DNA of 64,000 bases from an uncultured Gammaproteobacteria bacterium (GCA_964511375.1 CAZEEW010000004.1:5542-69541); one strand, 5' to 3'; positions 9,239 through 19,308 are shown, numbered from the stretch's first letter. Notes: generated by a model from the letters alone, not told the origin. Made by a program: numbers and translations.

Positions 9239-10864
9239 ATGCATACTAAGTATATCTTTGTTATTGGAGGTGTATTGTCTGGAGTAGGTAAGGGAGTAAC
9301 GGCAGCATCAATTGGAAGAATGTTTAAGAATCGGGGTTTGAAAGTTTCGGCGATGAAAATTGATCCATATATTAATGTTGACGCGGGTACAATGAATCCT
9401 GTTGAACACGGAGAAGTGTTTGTAACAGATGATGGCTATGAGACAGATCAAGATATTGGTAACTATGAAAGGTTTCTCGACACAGATATTTTGTCAGACA
9501 ATTATTTAACGACTGGTCGTGTTTACGAAAGCGTTATTCACAAAGAGCGTAGCATGTTTTACAAGGGTCGCTGTGTGCAGGTTGTGCCTCATATCCCGCT
9601 CGAAGTCGTCGATTCTATCAAACGGGCATCAGCCCAAGCTAAAGCTGATGTGATGATTATAGAAATTGGTGGTACCGTTGGCGAATACGAGAATATTCTG
9701 TTTTTAGAGGCAGCGAGAATGATGAAATTGGATAACCCGGAAGATGTAGCTTTTGTACTGGTAAGTTATATGCCAGTCCCGGGGCATATTGGTGAGATGA
9801 AAACCAAACCAACTCAGCATGCGGCTCGGGCTTTAAATAATAGCGGCATTCAACCGGATTTTATTGTGGCACGGGGTAGTACGGAATTAGATATCCCACG
9901 TCGTGAAAAGTTAGCATTTTTCTGTTGGTTAAAATCTCGTGACCATGTTATTTCCGCTCCAGATGTCGAAAGTATTTATGACATTCCCGCTGTATTTGAA
10001 AAACAACGATTTGCGGAATTATTGTCAAAAGATTTGCATTTTACTTTGCCTAAGGTAGTAGATAAAAAATGGGATAATTTTGCCAAGAAACTTAAGTCAG
10101 CTAAAAAGGTGGTTAAAATAGCTGTTGTTGGTAAATATTTTGGGACTGGGAAATACACCTTATCTGATTCATACATATCCGTAATTGAGGCAGCTAAGCA
10201 TGCGGCTACACATAATGGCGCACGCACAGAAATGACCTGGGTAGATTCTGAGGATTATGAGAAGGACCCGAAGAAAGTAAGTGAATTGGCTGATTATGAC
10301 GCCGTTATTGTACCAGGTGGATTTGGGTCACGTGGCGTAGAGGGAATAATGGTAGCAATTCGTTATGCCCGTGAAAAGCAGATTCCTTACCTTGGTCTTT
10401 GTTATGGTATGCAGTTGGCTATGGTAGAGTTCGCCCGTAATGTTTTGGGACTCGAAAAAGCGAATGCTTTTGAAATAAATCCAAAGACGCCAGACCCAAT
10501 TATACATATTAATGAAGAACAGGCAGCTAATGTCAAGAATCAACGTTATGGTGGTACATTAAGGCTCGGGGCTTACCGCTGTACACTGAAGAAAGGTAGT
10601 AGGGTGCAAAGACTGTATGGCCAAAAGGAAGTAAGTGAGCGTCACCGCCACCGTTTTGAATTTAATAATGATTATCGTAGTGTTATGGAAGAGAAGGGTG
10701 TCGAGTTTGTTGGTATTAATCCAGAAAAAAATTTAGTTGAGATAATTGAACTTAAAGATCATCCGTATTTTGTGGGTAGCCAATTCCATCCGGAATTGAA
10801 GTCTCGGCCGCTTCATCCGCATCCGTTATTCATGGGACTGGTAAAGGCGGCTTTGAAGAAATAA
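9239..10864 (+). CDS. pyrG: CTP synthase
   Basis: N-terminal synthetase domain (GGVLSGVGKGVTAAS, EHGEVFVTDDGYETDQDIGNYERF). GATase domain (GLCYGMQ). Confidence 0.93.
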   Translation: MHTKYIFVIGGVLSGVGKGVTAASIGRMFKNRGLKVSAMKIDPYINVDAGTMNPVEHGEVFVTDDGYETDQDIGNYERFLDTDILSDNYLTTGRVYESVIHKERSMFYKGRCVQVVPHIPLEVVDSIKRASAQAKADVMIIEIGGTVGEYENILFLEAARMMKLDNPEDVAFVLVSYMPVPGHIGEMKTKPTQHAARALNNSGIQPDFIVARGSTELDIPRREKLAFFCWLKSRDHVISAPDVESIYDIPAVFEKQRFAELLSKDLHFTLPKVVDKKWDNFAKKLKSAKKVVKIAVVGKYFGTGKYTLSDSYISVIEAAKHAATHNGARTEMTWVDSEDYEKDPKKVSELADYDAVIVPGGFGSRGVEGIMVAIRYAREKQIPYLGLCYGMQLAMVEFARNVLGLEKANAFEINPKTPDPIIHINEEQAANVKNQRYGGTLRLGAYRCTLKKGSRVQRLYGQKEVSERHRHRFEFNNDYRSVMEEKGVEFVGINPEKNLVEIIELKDHPYFVGSQFHPELKSRPLHPHPLFMGLVKAALKK

Positions 10865-10873
10865 ATTAACTAA

Positions 10874-10905
10874 AAAACAGAGTAGCACACTCTGTTTTTT
10901 CTTTT
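10874..10905. terminator. bidirectional terminator (AACAGAGT-agcac-ACTCTGTT, A-run/T-run flanks)
   Basis: Lies between convergent pyrG and the sugar-transferase gene. Confidence 0.6.
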
Positions 10906-10911
10906 CAAATT

Positions 10912-12273
10912 TTATCTACCCTTAAATCCAAAAATTACATTAAGGGTTCGAAGTAGAATAACAATATCTAATAACAGACTGCGGTTTTTTATGTAATATA
11001 AATCGTATTCCAGTTTCCGCAAATTTTCTTCGGTGTTGCTATAGTAGCTTTTTTGTAATTGGGCCCAGCCAGTAAGACCTGGTTTAATCATGTGTCGTAA
11101 TGGATAATACGGCATTTGGCTGGTGAGTTCTTGAACAAATTCCGGACGCTCTGGTCGAGGACCAATAATTCCCATGTCGCCTTTCAAGATGTTAATAAAT
11201 TGAGGTATTTCATCAATACGAGCCAGGCGGAGAATCTTACCAATTTTGGTGATGCGTTCGTCTTTTTCTTTGGCATAGACTGGACCAGAAGTTTCTGCAC
11301 TCCCGTCTTTACCCAAGACCTTCATGCTGCGGTATTTAATTATTTTAAATTTTTGGCCCATGCGGCCAACCCGTTCGTGGGTGAAGAAGATCGGACCAGG
11401 AGAAAAAAGTTTAATTAGAAGGGCGATGATGGGAAAAGTAGTGATAAACACTAGTCCAAGGATAATTGCAATCAGGTAGTCAGTAACAATGCGGAAGCGA
11501 TCATAAATGCGCTTGTGCTGTTCGCGGAGGTTGGACAAAAACCAGGTTTGCGAAAAAGTAAATGGAGGAATACGCTTCATTAATTCTTCATAAAATTGTT
11601 CAAGGTCCAAGATGCTAACATGTCGGAAGAGCATGTCGTAAAGACTTTTAATTAGCTGTTCACTTTTTTCGAGGTTGGGGGCAATAACAATCATTCCAGG
11701 TTGAATATTGTCAATTTCGGATGTGCCAGTAAAAACTGGTACATCTAGCTTAAGATCTGAACTGTTTACATTTAATACACCTAAAATCGAGTAACCACGC
11801 TGTGGTTGTGATTTCAAGAAATTAATAATTTCAATTGTTTCTGATGTTGCGCCGACAAATAGTACACCTACTTGCCACAGATTCTTACTAATATGCCGGT
11901 TGTGGATGTATCTCCATAATGAGATTAACGCTAGATTAGACAAGGCCATGATGAGGAGAATTGTTTTGGGTGAAATTTGTAGGGTCGGATGAAGATAAAA
12001 ATATATGATGCCCAATCCTAACCAAACACTGCAGGCCAGAATAATTTTTTGGTACGTGGCCCAGTTGTTTTTTAGTCGTCCCAAATCATAAAGACCAACA
12101 ACAAACATGATTACTACAAAAAGAAGAAACAGTTGGGTGAGAGGAGAAAGTAGAGTAATAATACTTGTTGTGTCTGGTGTTTTAAGATAACGCAAGAAAA
12201 TGGCAATATAAAAGCCAATATAGAGAAAAACAAGGTCCCCGAGCATGACAGTTAACTGGCGTAGGCGGTACAT
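10912..12273 (-). CDS. undecaprenyl-phosphate sugar phosphotransferase (bacterial sugar transferase, WbaP/EpsB-like)
   Basis: N-terminal transmembrane helices. C-terminal catalytic domain (KFKIIKYRSM...RIDEIPQFINILKGDMGIIGPRPERPEF). Confidence 0.85.
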   Translation of the reverse strand: MYRLRQLTVMLGDLVFLYIGFYIAIFLRYLKTPDTTSIITLLSPLTQLFLLFVVIMFVVGLYDLGRLKNNWATYQKIILACSVWLGLGIIYFYLHPTLQISPKTILLIMALSNLALISLWRYIHNRHISKNLWQVGVLFVGATSETIEIINFLKSQPQRGYSILGVLNVNSSDLKLDVPVFTGTSEIDNIQPGMIVIAPNLEKSEQLIKSLYDMLFRHVSILDLEQFYEELMKRIPPFTFSQTWFLSNLREQHKRIYDRFRIVTDYLIAIILGLVFITTFPIIALLIKLFSPGPIFFTHERVGRMGQKFKIIKYRSMKVLGKDGSAETSGPVYAKEKDERITKIGKILRLARIDEIPQFINILKGDMGIIGPRPERPEFVQELTSQMPYYPLRHMIKPGLTGWAQLQKSYYSNTEENLRKLEYDLYYIKNRSLLLDIVILLRTLNVIFGFKGR

Positions 12274-12316
12274 AGACTCTTTTAGAAAGGTAAAATATCG
12301 TGTATAATAAGTAAGT

Positions 12317-14272
12317 ATGGTAGGATTTTACTCTAAAATATTGAAAAAAGCAATTGCTATTATAACCTTAGCCGTTTTTCTTGTTTTGCCGGTTATGACT
12401 TTGGCCAAGGTGCCAAATGATGCCAATTACCCCCTGCAGATGTCGTTTTGGGACAATGTTAATGCCCCTTTGGCTTGGGATTACTCTACTGGCTCAAGCG
12501 ACGTAGTAGTCGCTGTAATAGACAGCGGGGCAGATATACTGAATCCGGATTTAGTGACGAATATTTGGCAAAACCCGCGCGAGATAGCCGGGAATGGTAT
12601 TGACGATGACAATAATGGCTTTGTGGATGATATTAACGGTTGGAATTTCGTTGAGAACAATTCAGATATCCGTAATGCTATTCTTAATCGGAGTTCGGAT
12701 GAAGAAGCAGTGAGCCATGGTACTTTGGTGGCTGGATTAATTGGGGCGGTCGGAAACAACGGAAGAAATGGTACGGGTATTAATTGGCAGGTTAAGATTA
12801 TGCCTTTGCGTGCAATAGATAACTTGGGCTCAGGTTCTTATACAGATATTACCAGGGCAGTGGATTATGCTGTTCGAAACGGAGCCAGGGTAATAAGTAT
12901 GAGTTTTGTTGGAGAAAATAATGACCCAGTGTTACGAGATAGCTTGCGGAGTGCTTATGAAAAAGGCATTGTGATTGTTGCAGCGGCTGGAAATAACCGT
13001 GATGACACTTCTGTTAATCCTTATTACCCACTATGTTATGATGCCTATGATTCAGAAAATTGGATTTTGGGGGTAACCTCCATTAATAGTAATAATCGTT
13101 TAAGCAGCTTTGCTAATTATGGTAGGTGTGTAGATATAGCCGCACCCGGCGAACGTATTTACAGCACAGAGCATTATCTTCCTGAACAGGGATATAACCA
13201 AGAGTTTGGTGGCATGTGGCAAGGGACTTCTTTTGCTACACCAATTGTGGCGGGAACGGCGGCTTTGCTTAAAGCAACTCGTCCAGAGTGGAAAGCGAAA
13301 GAAATTATTAATCAAATATTACAGACTGCCCAAAATATTGACAATGTCAATACTTCTTTTGTTGGACAAATAGGCAGAGGTAAACTAAACGCCGGGACAG
13401 CGGTGCAGCAAGCGGCAGAAACGCGCATTACCAAAAAGCCAGCTCTTATTACCAACCAGGAGGGAACTTTAGTTTATGTGAAAGATAACAGCCTTATGGC
13501 TTTTAACACCGCTGGTGCTGAATCATCCTTGTTGGCACGCGTGCAAGATGGAAAATTAATAGATTGGGGTAATAATGAAGATGGTGGTTGGTCGTTGCTA
13601 ATTTACCGGGCACCATATTATTTTGTGCAAATAAGGGATAACGCTGGAGAATTTGTTACTGAATTTCCAGTAGGAGATGTTGACGAACTAAAAGCAAAAA
13701 AAGTAAATATCACTAGAATCGACGGCGCTTTTCGAGAGGAAGAACAACAGATAGTTGTAGCGGAAAACAAAAAAACTGCCACCGATATAGTTGTATTTAG
13801 TTTACAAGGTGAGGAAATAAATCGTTTTACTATTAATAAGAAATTGGATAATTGGAGTGTATATGGTAATTATGTTGCGACAGCACATTTTCAAACGGCT
13901 AATTTAATTTTAAGATTATATACTTTAGATGGTGAGTTAGTCGGGGAAAAGATTATTGCAAAAGCTTACGGGTTGGATGATCTAGATATAGGTATGCTCT
14001 GGGGAGGAGATAGCCCGCAAGTTGTCGCATTAGTTCGAAAAAGCCGTGACCGATCGAAATTAGAACGCACGGTTGTTGATTTGGGAAGCAATAGCACTCT
14101 GGTGCAGGGGATAAATAACCCTGGCACTAAGACTCGCTGGTATTTGGCCCTAACCGATATAGATGGGGATGGGCTGGACGATTATTTACCCTACCGCTTA
14201 ATTGGTGGAAAACACAATCTTTACTCAGGTAAAGGGGAACTATTGGCTACCTGGCAGTTGCCTAAATTATAG
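12317..14272 (+). CDS. secreted subtilisin-like serine peptidase (S8) with a ~270-aa C-terminal domain of unknown function
   Basis: Signal peptide. Catalytic triad motifs VAVIDSGAD, SHGTLVAGLIG and GTSFATPIVAG. Confidence 0.85.
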   Translation: MVGFYSKILKKAIAIITLAVFLVLPVMTLAKVPNDANYPLQMSFWDNVNAPLAWDYSTGSSDVVVAVIDSGADILNPDLVTNIWQNPREIAGNGIDDDNNGFVDDINGWNFVENNSDIRNAILNRSSDEEAVSHGTLVAGLIGAVGNNGRNGTGINWQVKIMPLRAIDNLGSGSYTDITRAVDYAVRNGARVISMSFVGENNDPVLRDSLRSAYEKGIVIVAAAGNNRDDTSVNPYYPLCYDAYDSENWILGVTSINSNNRLSSFANYGRCVDIAAPGERIYSTEHYLPEQGYNQEFGGMWQGTSFATPIVAGTAALLKATRPEWKAKEIINQILQTAQNIDNVNTSFVGQIGRGKLNAGTAVQQAAETRITKKPALITNQEGTLVYVKDNSLMAFNTAGAESSLLARVQDGKLIDWGNNEDGGWSLLIYRAPYYFVQIRDNAGEFVTEFPVGDVDELKAKKVNITRIDGAFREEEQQIVVAENKKTATDIVVFSLQGEEINRFTINKKLDNWSVYGNYVATAHFQTANLILRLYTLDGELVGEKIIAKAYGLDDLDIGMLWGGDSPQVVALVRKSRDRSKLERTVVDLGSNSTLVQGINNPGTKTRWYLALTDIDGDGLDDYLPYRLIGGKHNLYSGKGELLATWQLPKL

Positions 14273-14343
14273 CATTGCTAACCTGAAAGAAGAGTGGTAT
14301 AATAGTGGTATGAAAACCACTATTTTTTAGCCTATTTTTTACT

Positions 14344-15366
14344 ATGGATACGCCAATTTTTGAAAAGAAAAATGTCTTGGTGACAGGAGGTGCAGGATTT
14401 ATTGGCTCGCACTTGTGTGAGCGTTTGCTAAAAGAAGCCAAAGTTATTTGTCTTGATGATTTTTCTAATTCTAATCCTGAGAATATTAGTCATCTTTTAC
14501 AATATCCAGATTTTGAGTTTATTAAATACGATGTCAATAAACCAATAGATCTAGACCAGTTTGAAGAGTTAAATAAATTTAAAGTAAAATTTCAGGGAAT
14601 CCAGGAGGTTTATCACCTGGCGTGTCCGACGAGCCCAAAAGATTTTGAAAAATTAAAGCTGAAATCCCTGTGGGCTAATTCTCAGGCCATGATTAATACT
14701 TTGGACTTAGCGGTAAAATATAAGGCAAAATATGTCTTTACTTCTAGCTCTGTAGTATATGGTGAAGCCACAGAAGGGAAAGAGATATTTAAAGAAACTG
14801 ATGAGGGGATCGTTAATCATTTGTCGCCCCGAGCTTGTTATGACGAAGGGAAGAGATTTGCAGAGACTTGTGTAGAAACTTACCGACAAGTATATGGCGT
14901 GGATGCTAAAATTGCCCGCGTCTTTACCACTTACGGTCCGCGAATGAAATTATTTGAAGGTCAGTTAATTCCTGATTTTGTAATTAATGCTTTGGAAGGG
15001 AAGGACTTGGTAATCTATGGGGACAAAGATTTTTCTTATGCACTTTGTTATGTCTCAGATTTGGTTGATGGCTTAGTTAGACTAATGAATACAGGCCCAG
15101 AGGTTAAATTAGTAAACATGGGTAATGATGATATTGTTAAAATGTCTGAAGTAGCGGAAAAGATAATCGAAATGACCGGATCGAGCTCTAAGATTAATTA
15201 TGAAGATCCATTATTATTCTTAACTAAGAAAGGCGCGCCCGATCTACATTATGCGAAAGATGTTTTAGGTTGGCTGCCATTAGTTCGTCTGGAAGATGGA
15301 TTGAGAAAAACGATTGATTATGTAATTGCCAATAAGGAAGCTTTGCTATTCAACAATCATAATTAA
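14344..15366 (+). CDS. NAD-dependent sugar-nucleotide epimerase/dehydratase (UDP-glucuronate decarboxylase-like)
   Basis: Rossmann motif VLVTGGAGFIGSHL and YDEGKR (YxxxK) motif. Confidence 0.8.
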   Translation: MDTPIFEKKNVLVTGGAGFIGSHLCERLLKEAKVICLDDFSNSNPENISHLLQYPDFEFIKYDVNKPIDLDQFEELNKFKVKFQGIQEVYHLACPTSPKDFEKLKLKSLWANSQAMINTLDLAVKYKAKYVFTSSSVVYGEATEGKEIFKETDEGIVNHLSPRACYDEGKRFAETCVETYRQVYGVDAKIARVFTTYGPRMKLFEGQLIPDFVINALEGKDLVIYGDKDFSYALCYVSDLVDGLVRLMNTGPEVKLVNMGNDDIVKMSEVAEKIIEMTGSSSKINYEDPLLFLTKKGAPDLHYAKDVLGWLPLVRLEDGLRKTIDYVIANKEALLFNNHN

Positions 15367-15367
15367 C

Positions 15368-16030
15368 ATGTTGTTTGTTATTGTTCCGGCATATAATGAA
15401 GAAAAAAGAATTGGCCGCGTTATTAGCGGCCTTTTTGAACATGGTTACAACAATGTTGTCGTTGTTGATGATGGTTCAGTAGATAACACTAGTAAAGAGG
15501 CGAGGTTGCTAGGGGCAACGGTTTTAACTCACCCAGTAAATCGTGGGCAGGGTGCGGCTTTGCAAACTGGACACGAATTTGTTTTTGCGCGAGGAGCGGA
15601 AGTGGTGGTACATTTTGATGGCGATGGTCAATTTAACCCCGAGGACATTGCCCCAGCCGTCGAATTAGTAAGAAGTGGGGAATGTGACGTAATATTGGGG
15701 TCAAAGTTAATGGATGACCGTTCGAAGATCCCGTGGACAAAGCGCCACATCATAATTCCCATTGCTCGTTTTCTTAACCGTCTGTTCACTGGAGCAAAAC
15801 TATCTGATGTGCATAATGGTTTTCGTGTCTTAAACCGCAAGGCGGTGGAAAAAATTGAAATAAGGAATAGTGGTATGGCGCATAATACTGAAATAGTACG
15901 GAAAATACGGGAAAGCGGGTTAAAATTTAAAGAATTACCGGTTGAAGTAACTTACCATGAATATGGCTTGGGACCGCGTGGTGGAATACAGATTGTCTAT
16001 GATTTGTTCGTGTCCAAAATATTTAAATAG
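15368..16030 (+). CDS. family 2 glycosyltransferase (polyprenyl-phosphate/dolichyl-phosphate glycosyltransferase-like)
   Basis: FVIVPAYNEEKRI and VVVVDDGSVDNT motifs. Start re-picked at the ATG (15368) immediately after the upstream stop. Confidence 0.75.
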   Translation: MLFVIVPAYNEEKRIGRVISGLFEHGYNNVVVVDDGSVDNTSKEARLLGATVLTHPVNRGQGAALQTGHEFVFARGAEVVVHFDGDGQFNPEDIAPAVELVRSGECDVILGSKLMDDRSKIPWTKRHIIIPIARFLNRLFTGAKLSDVHNGFRVLNRKAVEKIEIRNSGMAHNTEIVRKIRESGLKFKELPVEVTYHEYGLGPRGGIQIVYDLFVSKIFK

Positions 16031-16035
16031 TTTTT

Positions 16036-16365
16036 ATGCTTATTCAATACCTTTTGGTTTTAGTTTTCATCTACGGGTTAGCCAGATCAATCGTAAAATT
16101 TCGAAACAAAGAACTGTCTAAAATTAATTTACTAGTTTGGATCTTTTTGTGGTTGGTAGGTATTGTTACAGTCCTAGTTCCAGATACCACCTTCTCTGTC
16201 GCGCATTTTTTTGGTGTGGGTCGGGGTGCGGATTTAGTAATATATTTATCCCTGACTTTTTTGTTTTTAGTAGTATTCCGACTCGTCTCGAAGACTGAAA
16301 AAATGGAGCGAGATATTACCAAGTTAACAAGAAATATTGCTCTAGACAAAGTAAATAAAGAATAA
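16036..16365 (+). CDS. small 2-3 TM membrane protein (DUF2304-like, commonly paired with GT2)
   Basis: Hydrophobic segments and position directly downstream of the GT2 gene. Family assignment is from memory. Confidence 0.4.
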   Translation: MLIQYLLVLVFIYGLARSIVKFRNKELSKINLLVWIFLWLVGIVTVLVPDTTFSVAHFFGVGRGADLVIYLSLTFLFLVVFRLVSKTEKMERDITKLTRNIALDKVNKE

Positions 16366-16367
16366 TT

Positions 16368-17480
16368 GTGAAAATTGCCCATGTTGTTGGTACATTCCCG
16401 CCACATTTAGGGGGGATGGGGAGTGTGGCCTTTGAAGAAGCACAAAGATTAAGCGAGTTAGGCCATGAGGTGGAGGTATATACAATGCAGTACCCAAATT
16501 TTGTTTACGAGAAATACAACTGGTCTTTTGTTATAAGAAGAACGAAGCCCTTTGTTAAACTCGGTGATGCTGGATTAATGCCTGGTTTAGTTAAATCCAT
16601 AAAAGGTTTTGATTTAGTACATCTGCATTATCCCTTTTTTGGGGGAGCAGAAATGGTGTGGTTTGCCAAGATGTTTAACAAACAAAAATATGTGGTGACT
16701 TACCACATGGATGCTAAACCAGATACTTTTTTAAAGAAAGTAATACAGGCCAAGTATAATCTATTCTTGAGTTCGCATATTTTAAATAACGCCGAAAAAA
16801 TTATTGTAGTAGATGATAATTTTTTCAATAGTTCTAAACTAAAAAAACGCGTTAAAAAGCCGGTGATTGAATTGTGGAATGGAGTAGATGAGCGAGTATT
16901 TCGTCCATTGATAGGGGCAAAAAATTTTGAACAAAAAACAAAAAAACTTCTTTTTGTCGGTAATTTATTAAAAGTTAAACGTTTGGATTTGTTATTAGAA
17001 ACACTTAAAAATCTATCTTCAGAATATGAATTGTTGGTAGTGGGCAGTGGCTATGCTGAGGCCGAGTACAGAAAACATGTGCAGGAGTTAAACTTGGGCG
17101 ATCAAGTAAGGTTTATTGGGGCGATTCAGGACAAGGAAACCTTGAATGATTATTATAATTCGGTTGATTGTACGGTAATACCAGCTAGTGACACCGAATC
17201 GTTTTCCCTTGTGGCTTTGGAGTCATTAGCGGCTGGTACGCCAGTAATAACTAGTGATTTGCCTGGCACGAAAGGAAGGATAGTTGATGGACAGGACGGT
17301 CTGTTGTTTAAGGCCGGAGATAGTACAGACCTAAAAGAAAAAATAGAAATATTCTTTGCCCGAACCAGCGAGGAAAGGAAAAAAATGGGGGAGGCGGGTA
17401 GAAGTAAGATTATTAATAGCTATACCTGGGATCAACATGTGCAAAAGCTGATTGAAATATATGGTCAGGCTTTACAGTAA
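16368..17480 (+). CDS. family 4 glycosyltransferase (GT-B)
   Basis: N-terminal domain (IAHVVGTFPPHLGGMGS). C-terminal motif (ESFSLVALESLAAGTPVITSDLPG). Confidence 0.8.
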   Translation: MKIAHVVGTFPPHLGGMGSVAFEEAQRLSELGHEVEVYTMQYPNFVYEKYNWSFVIRRTKPFVKLGDAGLMPGLVKSIKGFDLVHLHYPFFGGAEMVWFAKMFNKQKYVVTYHMDAKPDTFLKKVIQAKYNLFLSSHILNNAEKIIVVDDNFFNSSKLKKRVKKPVIELWNGVDERVFRPLIGAKNFEQKTKKLLFVGNLLKVKRLDLLLETLKNLSSEYELLVVGSGYAEAEYRKHVQELNLGDQVRFIGAIQDKETLNDYYNSVDCTVIPASDTESFSLVALESLAAGTPVITSDLPGTKGRIVDGQDGLLFKAGDSTDLKEKIEIFFARTSEERKKMGEAGRSKIINSYTWDQHVQKLIEIYGQALQ

Positions 17481-17491
17481 TATATAAATAT

Positions 17492-18070
17492 ATGGTTAAG
17501 GCCTTGCATGTTATTCCGGGTGCTTTTGATTATTTCGATGATATACGTAAAAGCGCGCTTCAATTAACAGATGCTTTGTCTGAGGTACAAGGATTAGAAG
17601 TAGAATATATTGTTTTGGAATATGGTATGCCAAAAGCTGGCCATGGTTCGTTTGAAGAAAGAATGACTGGCCGTGTACATCAAGGGTACGGCAAAGTTGA
17701 AGAAACTGTTGCCTCATTGGGGGAGTATGATATAGTGCATTTACATGCTCCGTTTTTAGGAGGAGCAAAGCAGATCATTAAATATTACAACGAAACAAGT
17801 AGCCCACCTGCACTAGTTATTACTTATTATCATGATCTCAAAATTACTGACCTTTTAAGTTACTATGTCCGTTGGTATAATCGGAAGTATTTGGGACAAT
17901 TATTTGAAAAAGCCTCTGCGATTTTGGTTGCGGGGAAAAAAGGGGAATGGAAAGAACTAACAACTCAGCAAACCATAGTGGATAAGTATGATTTTTTAGG
18001 GGATATTTCGCTAAATCAAGAGCAAGTTGTCGAAAAGAACATTATAATGTATAATAATTTAGCTAATTAA
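17492..18070 (+). CDS. GT4 N-terminal-domain-only paralog (truncated or split glycosyltransferase; possible pseudogene)
   Basis: Resembles the N-domain of the preceding GT4 (IVHLHAPFLGGAKQ...ITYYHD versus LVHLHYPFFGGAEM...VTYHMD). Lacks the C-terminal catalytic EX7E domain. Confidence 0.45.
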   Translation: MVKALHVIPGAFDYFDDIRKSALQLTDALSEVQGLEVEYIVLEYGMPKAGHGSFEERMTGRVHQGYGKVEETVASLGEYDIVHLHAPFLGGAKQIIKYYNETSSPPALVITYYHDLKITDLLSYYVRWYNRKYLGQLFEKASAILVAGKKGEWKELTTQQTIVDKYDFLGDISLNQEQVVEKNIIMYNNLAN

Positions 18071-18096
18071 TTTGTTTAATTTATCTCATACACATT

Positions 18097-18939
18097 ATGT
18101 CAGATAAAAAGACTTTCTTTGAAAGCCTTGAGCCAAAAAGCGCGTTAATCGTGGGGGTAGTTGCGGGTTTTTTGGTACTCGGAACAATTGGTTTTCTGGT
18201 TACACTCGGTATTTTACTCGGGGGAAACAATAATGCCGATTTAGCTTCAGACGACAACACGACTACGGTCAATGCTAATGTCACTAATAACACTCCACCG
18301 GTAATTCCAACTGTTCCAAAAGCCAAAAAGCCAAAAGTGGAACTTTTTGTAATGAGTTACTGCCCGTATGGTTTGCAGATGGAGAAAGCTTATTTACCCG
18401 CTTGGAATCTCTTAAAGGACAAGGCCGATATCAGTCTGAAGTTCGTTTCCTACGCCATGCATGGTTTGAAGGAAGTCGAAGAAAATACTCGTCAATATTG
18501 TATTGCTAAAGAACAAGAAGATAAATTTATCGCTTACCTTACTTGTTTTGCTGCCAAAGATGATACTCCTGGTTGTTTGAAAGAAGCAAAGATTAATGAA
18601 AGTAAAATGAATAGCTGTGTTACGAAAGCTAATAAAGATTTTGGCGTGATGGATAAATACAACGATCAAGCTTCTTGGTTGTCTGGTCGTTACCCAATCT
18701 ACCCAATTCATCAGGCTGAGAACGATCAGTACGGTGTACAGGGATCACCAACCTTAGTTATTAACGGACAAGAGGCGAGTGTTTCTCGTACGCCAGAAGC
18801 TGTAAAGCTTGCAATTTGCGCTGGGTTCGAAAATGCTCCTAAGGAATGCGAAACAGTTTTGAGTAATGCTTCACCGCAACCAGGCTTTGGTAGCGGTACA
18901 GCCGCTGCAGCGGTTGACCCGGCAGCTTGCGGAACATAA
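18097..18939 (+). CDS. membrane-anchored DsbA-like thioredoxin-fold protein with a degenerate CPYG active site
   Basis: Transmembrane helix. FVMSYCPYG in place of the canonical CPYC. cis-Pro loop GVQGSPTLVINGQ. Confidence 0.5.
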   Translation: MSDKKTFFESLEPKSALIVGVVAGFLVLGTIGFLVTLGILLGGNNNADLASDDNTTTVNANVTNNTPPVIPTVPKAKKPKVELFVMSYCPYGLQMEKAYLPAWNLLKDKADISLKFVSYAMHGLKEVEENTRQYCIAKEQEDKFIAYLTCFAAKDDTPGCLKEAKINESKMNSCVTKANKDFGVMDKYNDQASWLSGRYPIYPIHQAENDQYGVQGSPTLVINGQEASVSRTPEAVKLAICAGFENAPKECETVLSNASPQPGFGSGTAAAAVDPAACGT

Positions 18940-18957
18940 CAAAAGTGTGATAGAATA

Positions 18958-18993
18958 AGGTTAGTGTAGTAAAACACTAACCTTATTTATTTT
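18958..18993 (+). terminator. rho-independent terminator (AAGGTTAGTG-loop-CACTAACCTT + T-rich tail)
   Basis: Perfect 10-bp stem. Confidence 0.6.
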
Positions 18994-18995
18994 AT

Positions 18996-19304
18996 ATGGG
19001 TAATTTTAAAAAAGGATTATTTGTTGGTGGTTTGTTGGGTGCTGCTTTAATGTGGTTGAATGCTACTCCTAAAGGTAAGGAAATGCGCGCAAAATTGCGC
19101 GAGCACTTGGATCCATTGTTTAATGAGCTTAAAGAGAGTTTGGTGAAGCTCGAGGGCCCAACCAAAGATATGTATGATGCTCTAGTTGACAGAGCGGTTG
19201 AAGAGTACGCGGTTAAAAAAGAATTAGCGCAAGATTTTAAAATGCACCTAGTTCGAGAATTAAAAAAGAAGTGGAAAGATATTGAGGGCAATTTAAGAAA
19301 GTAA
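18996..19304 (+). CDS. YtxH-like small membrane-associated protein
   Basis: GLFVGGLLGAALMWLNATPKGKEMR followed by a charged coiled region. Confidence 0.45.
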   Translation: MGNFKKGLFVGGLLGAALMWLNATPKGKEMRAKLREHLDPLFNELKESLVKLEGPTKDMYDALVDRAVEEYAVKKELAQDFKMHLVRELKKKWKDIEGNLRK

Positions 19305-19308
19305 TAGA

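Noticed and set aside
14300-14340. Ambiguity between a promoter and a terminator reading of TGGTATAAT...AGTGG-tatgaaaa-CCACT-ATTTTTT upstream of the epimerase gene
   Set aside because: Both readings are possible: a terminator for the S8 gene and an extended -10 for the epimerase. It is not listed as a feature because the two overlap and neither can be preferred from sequence alone.
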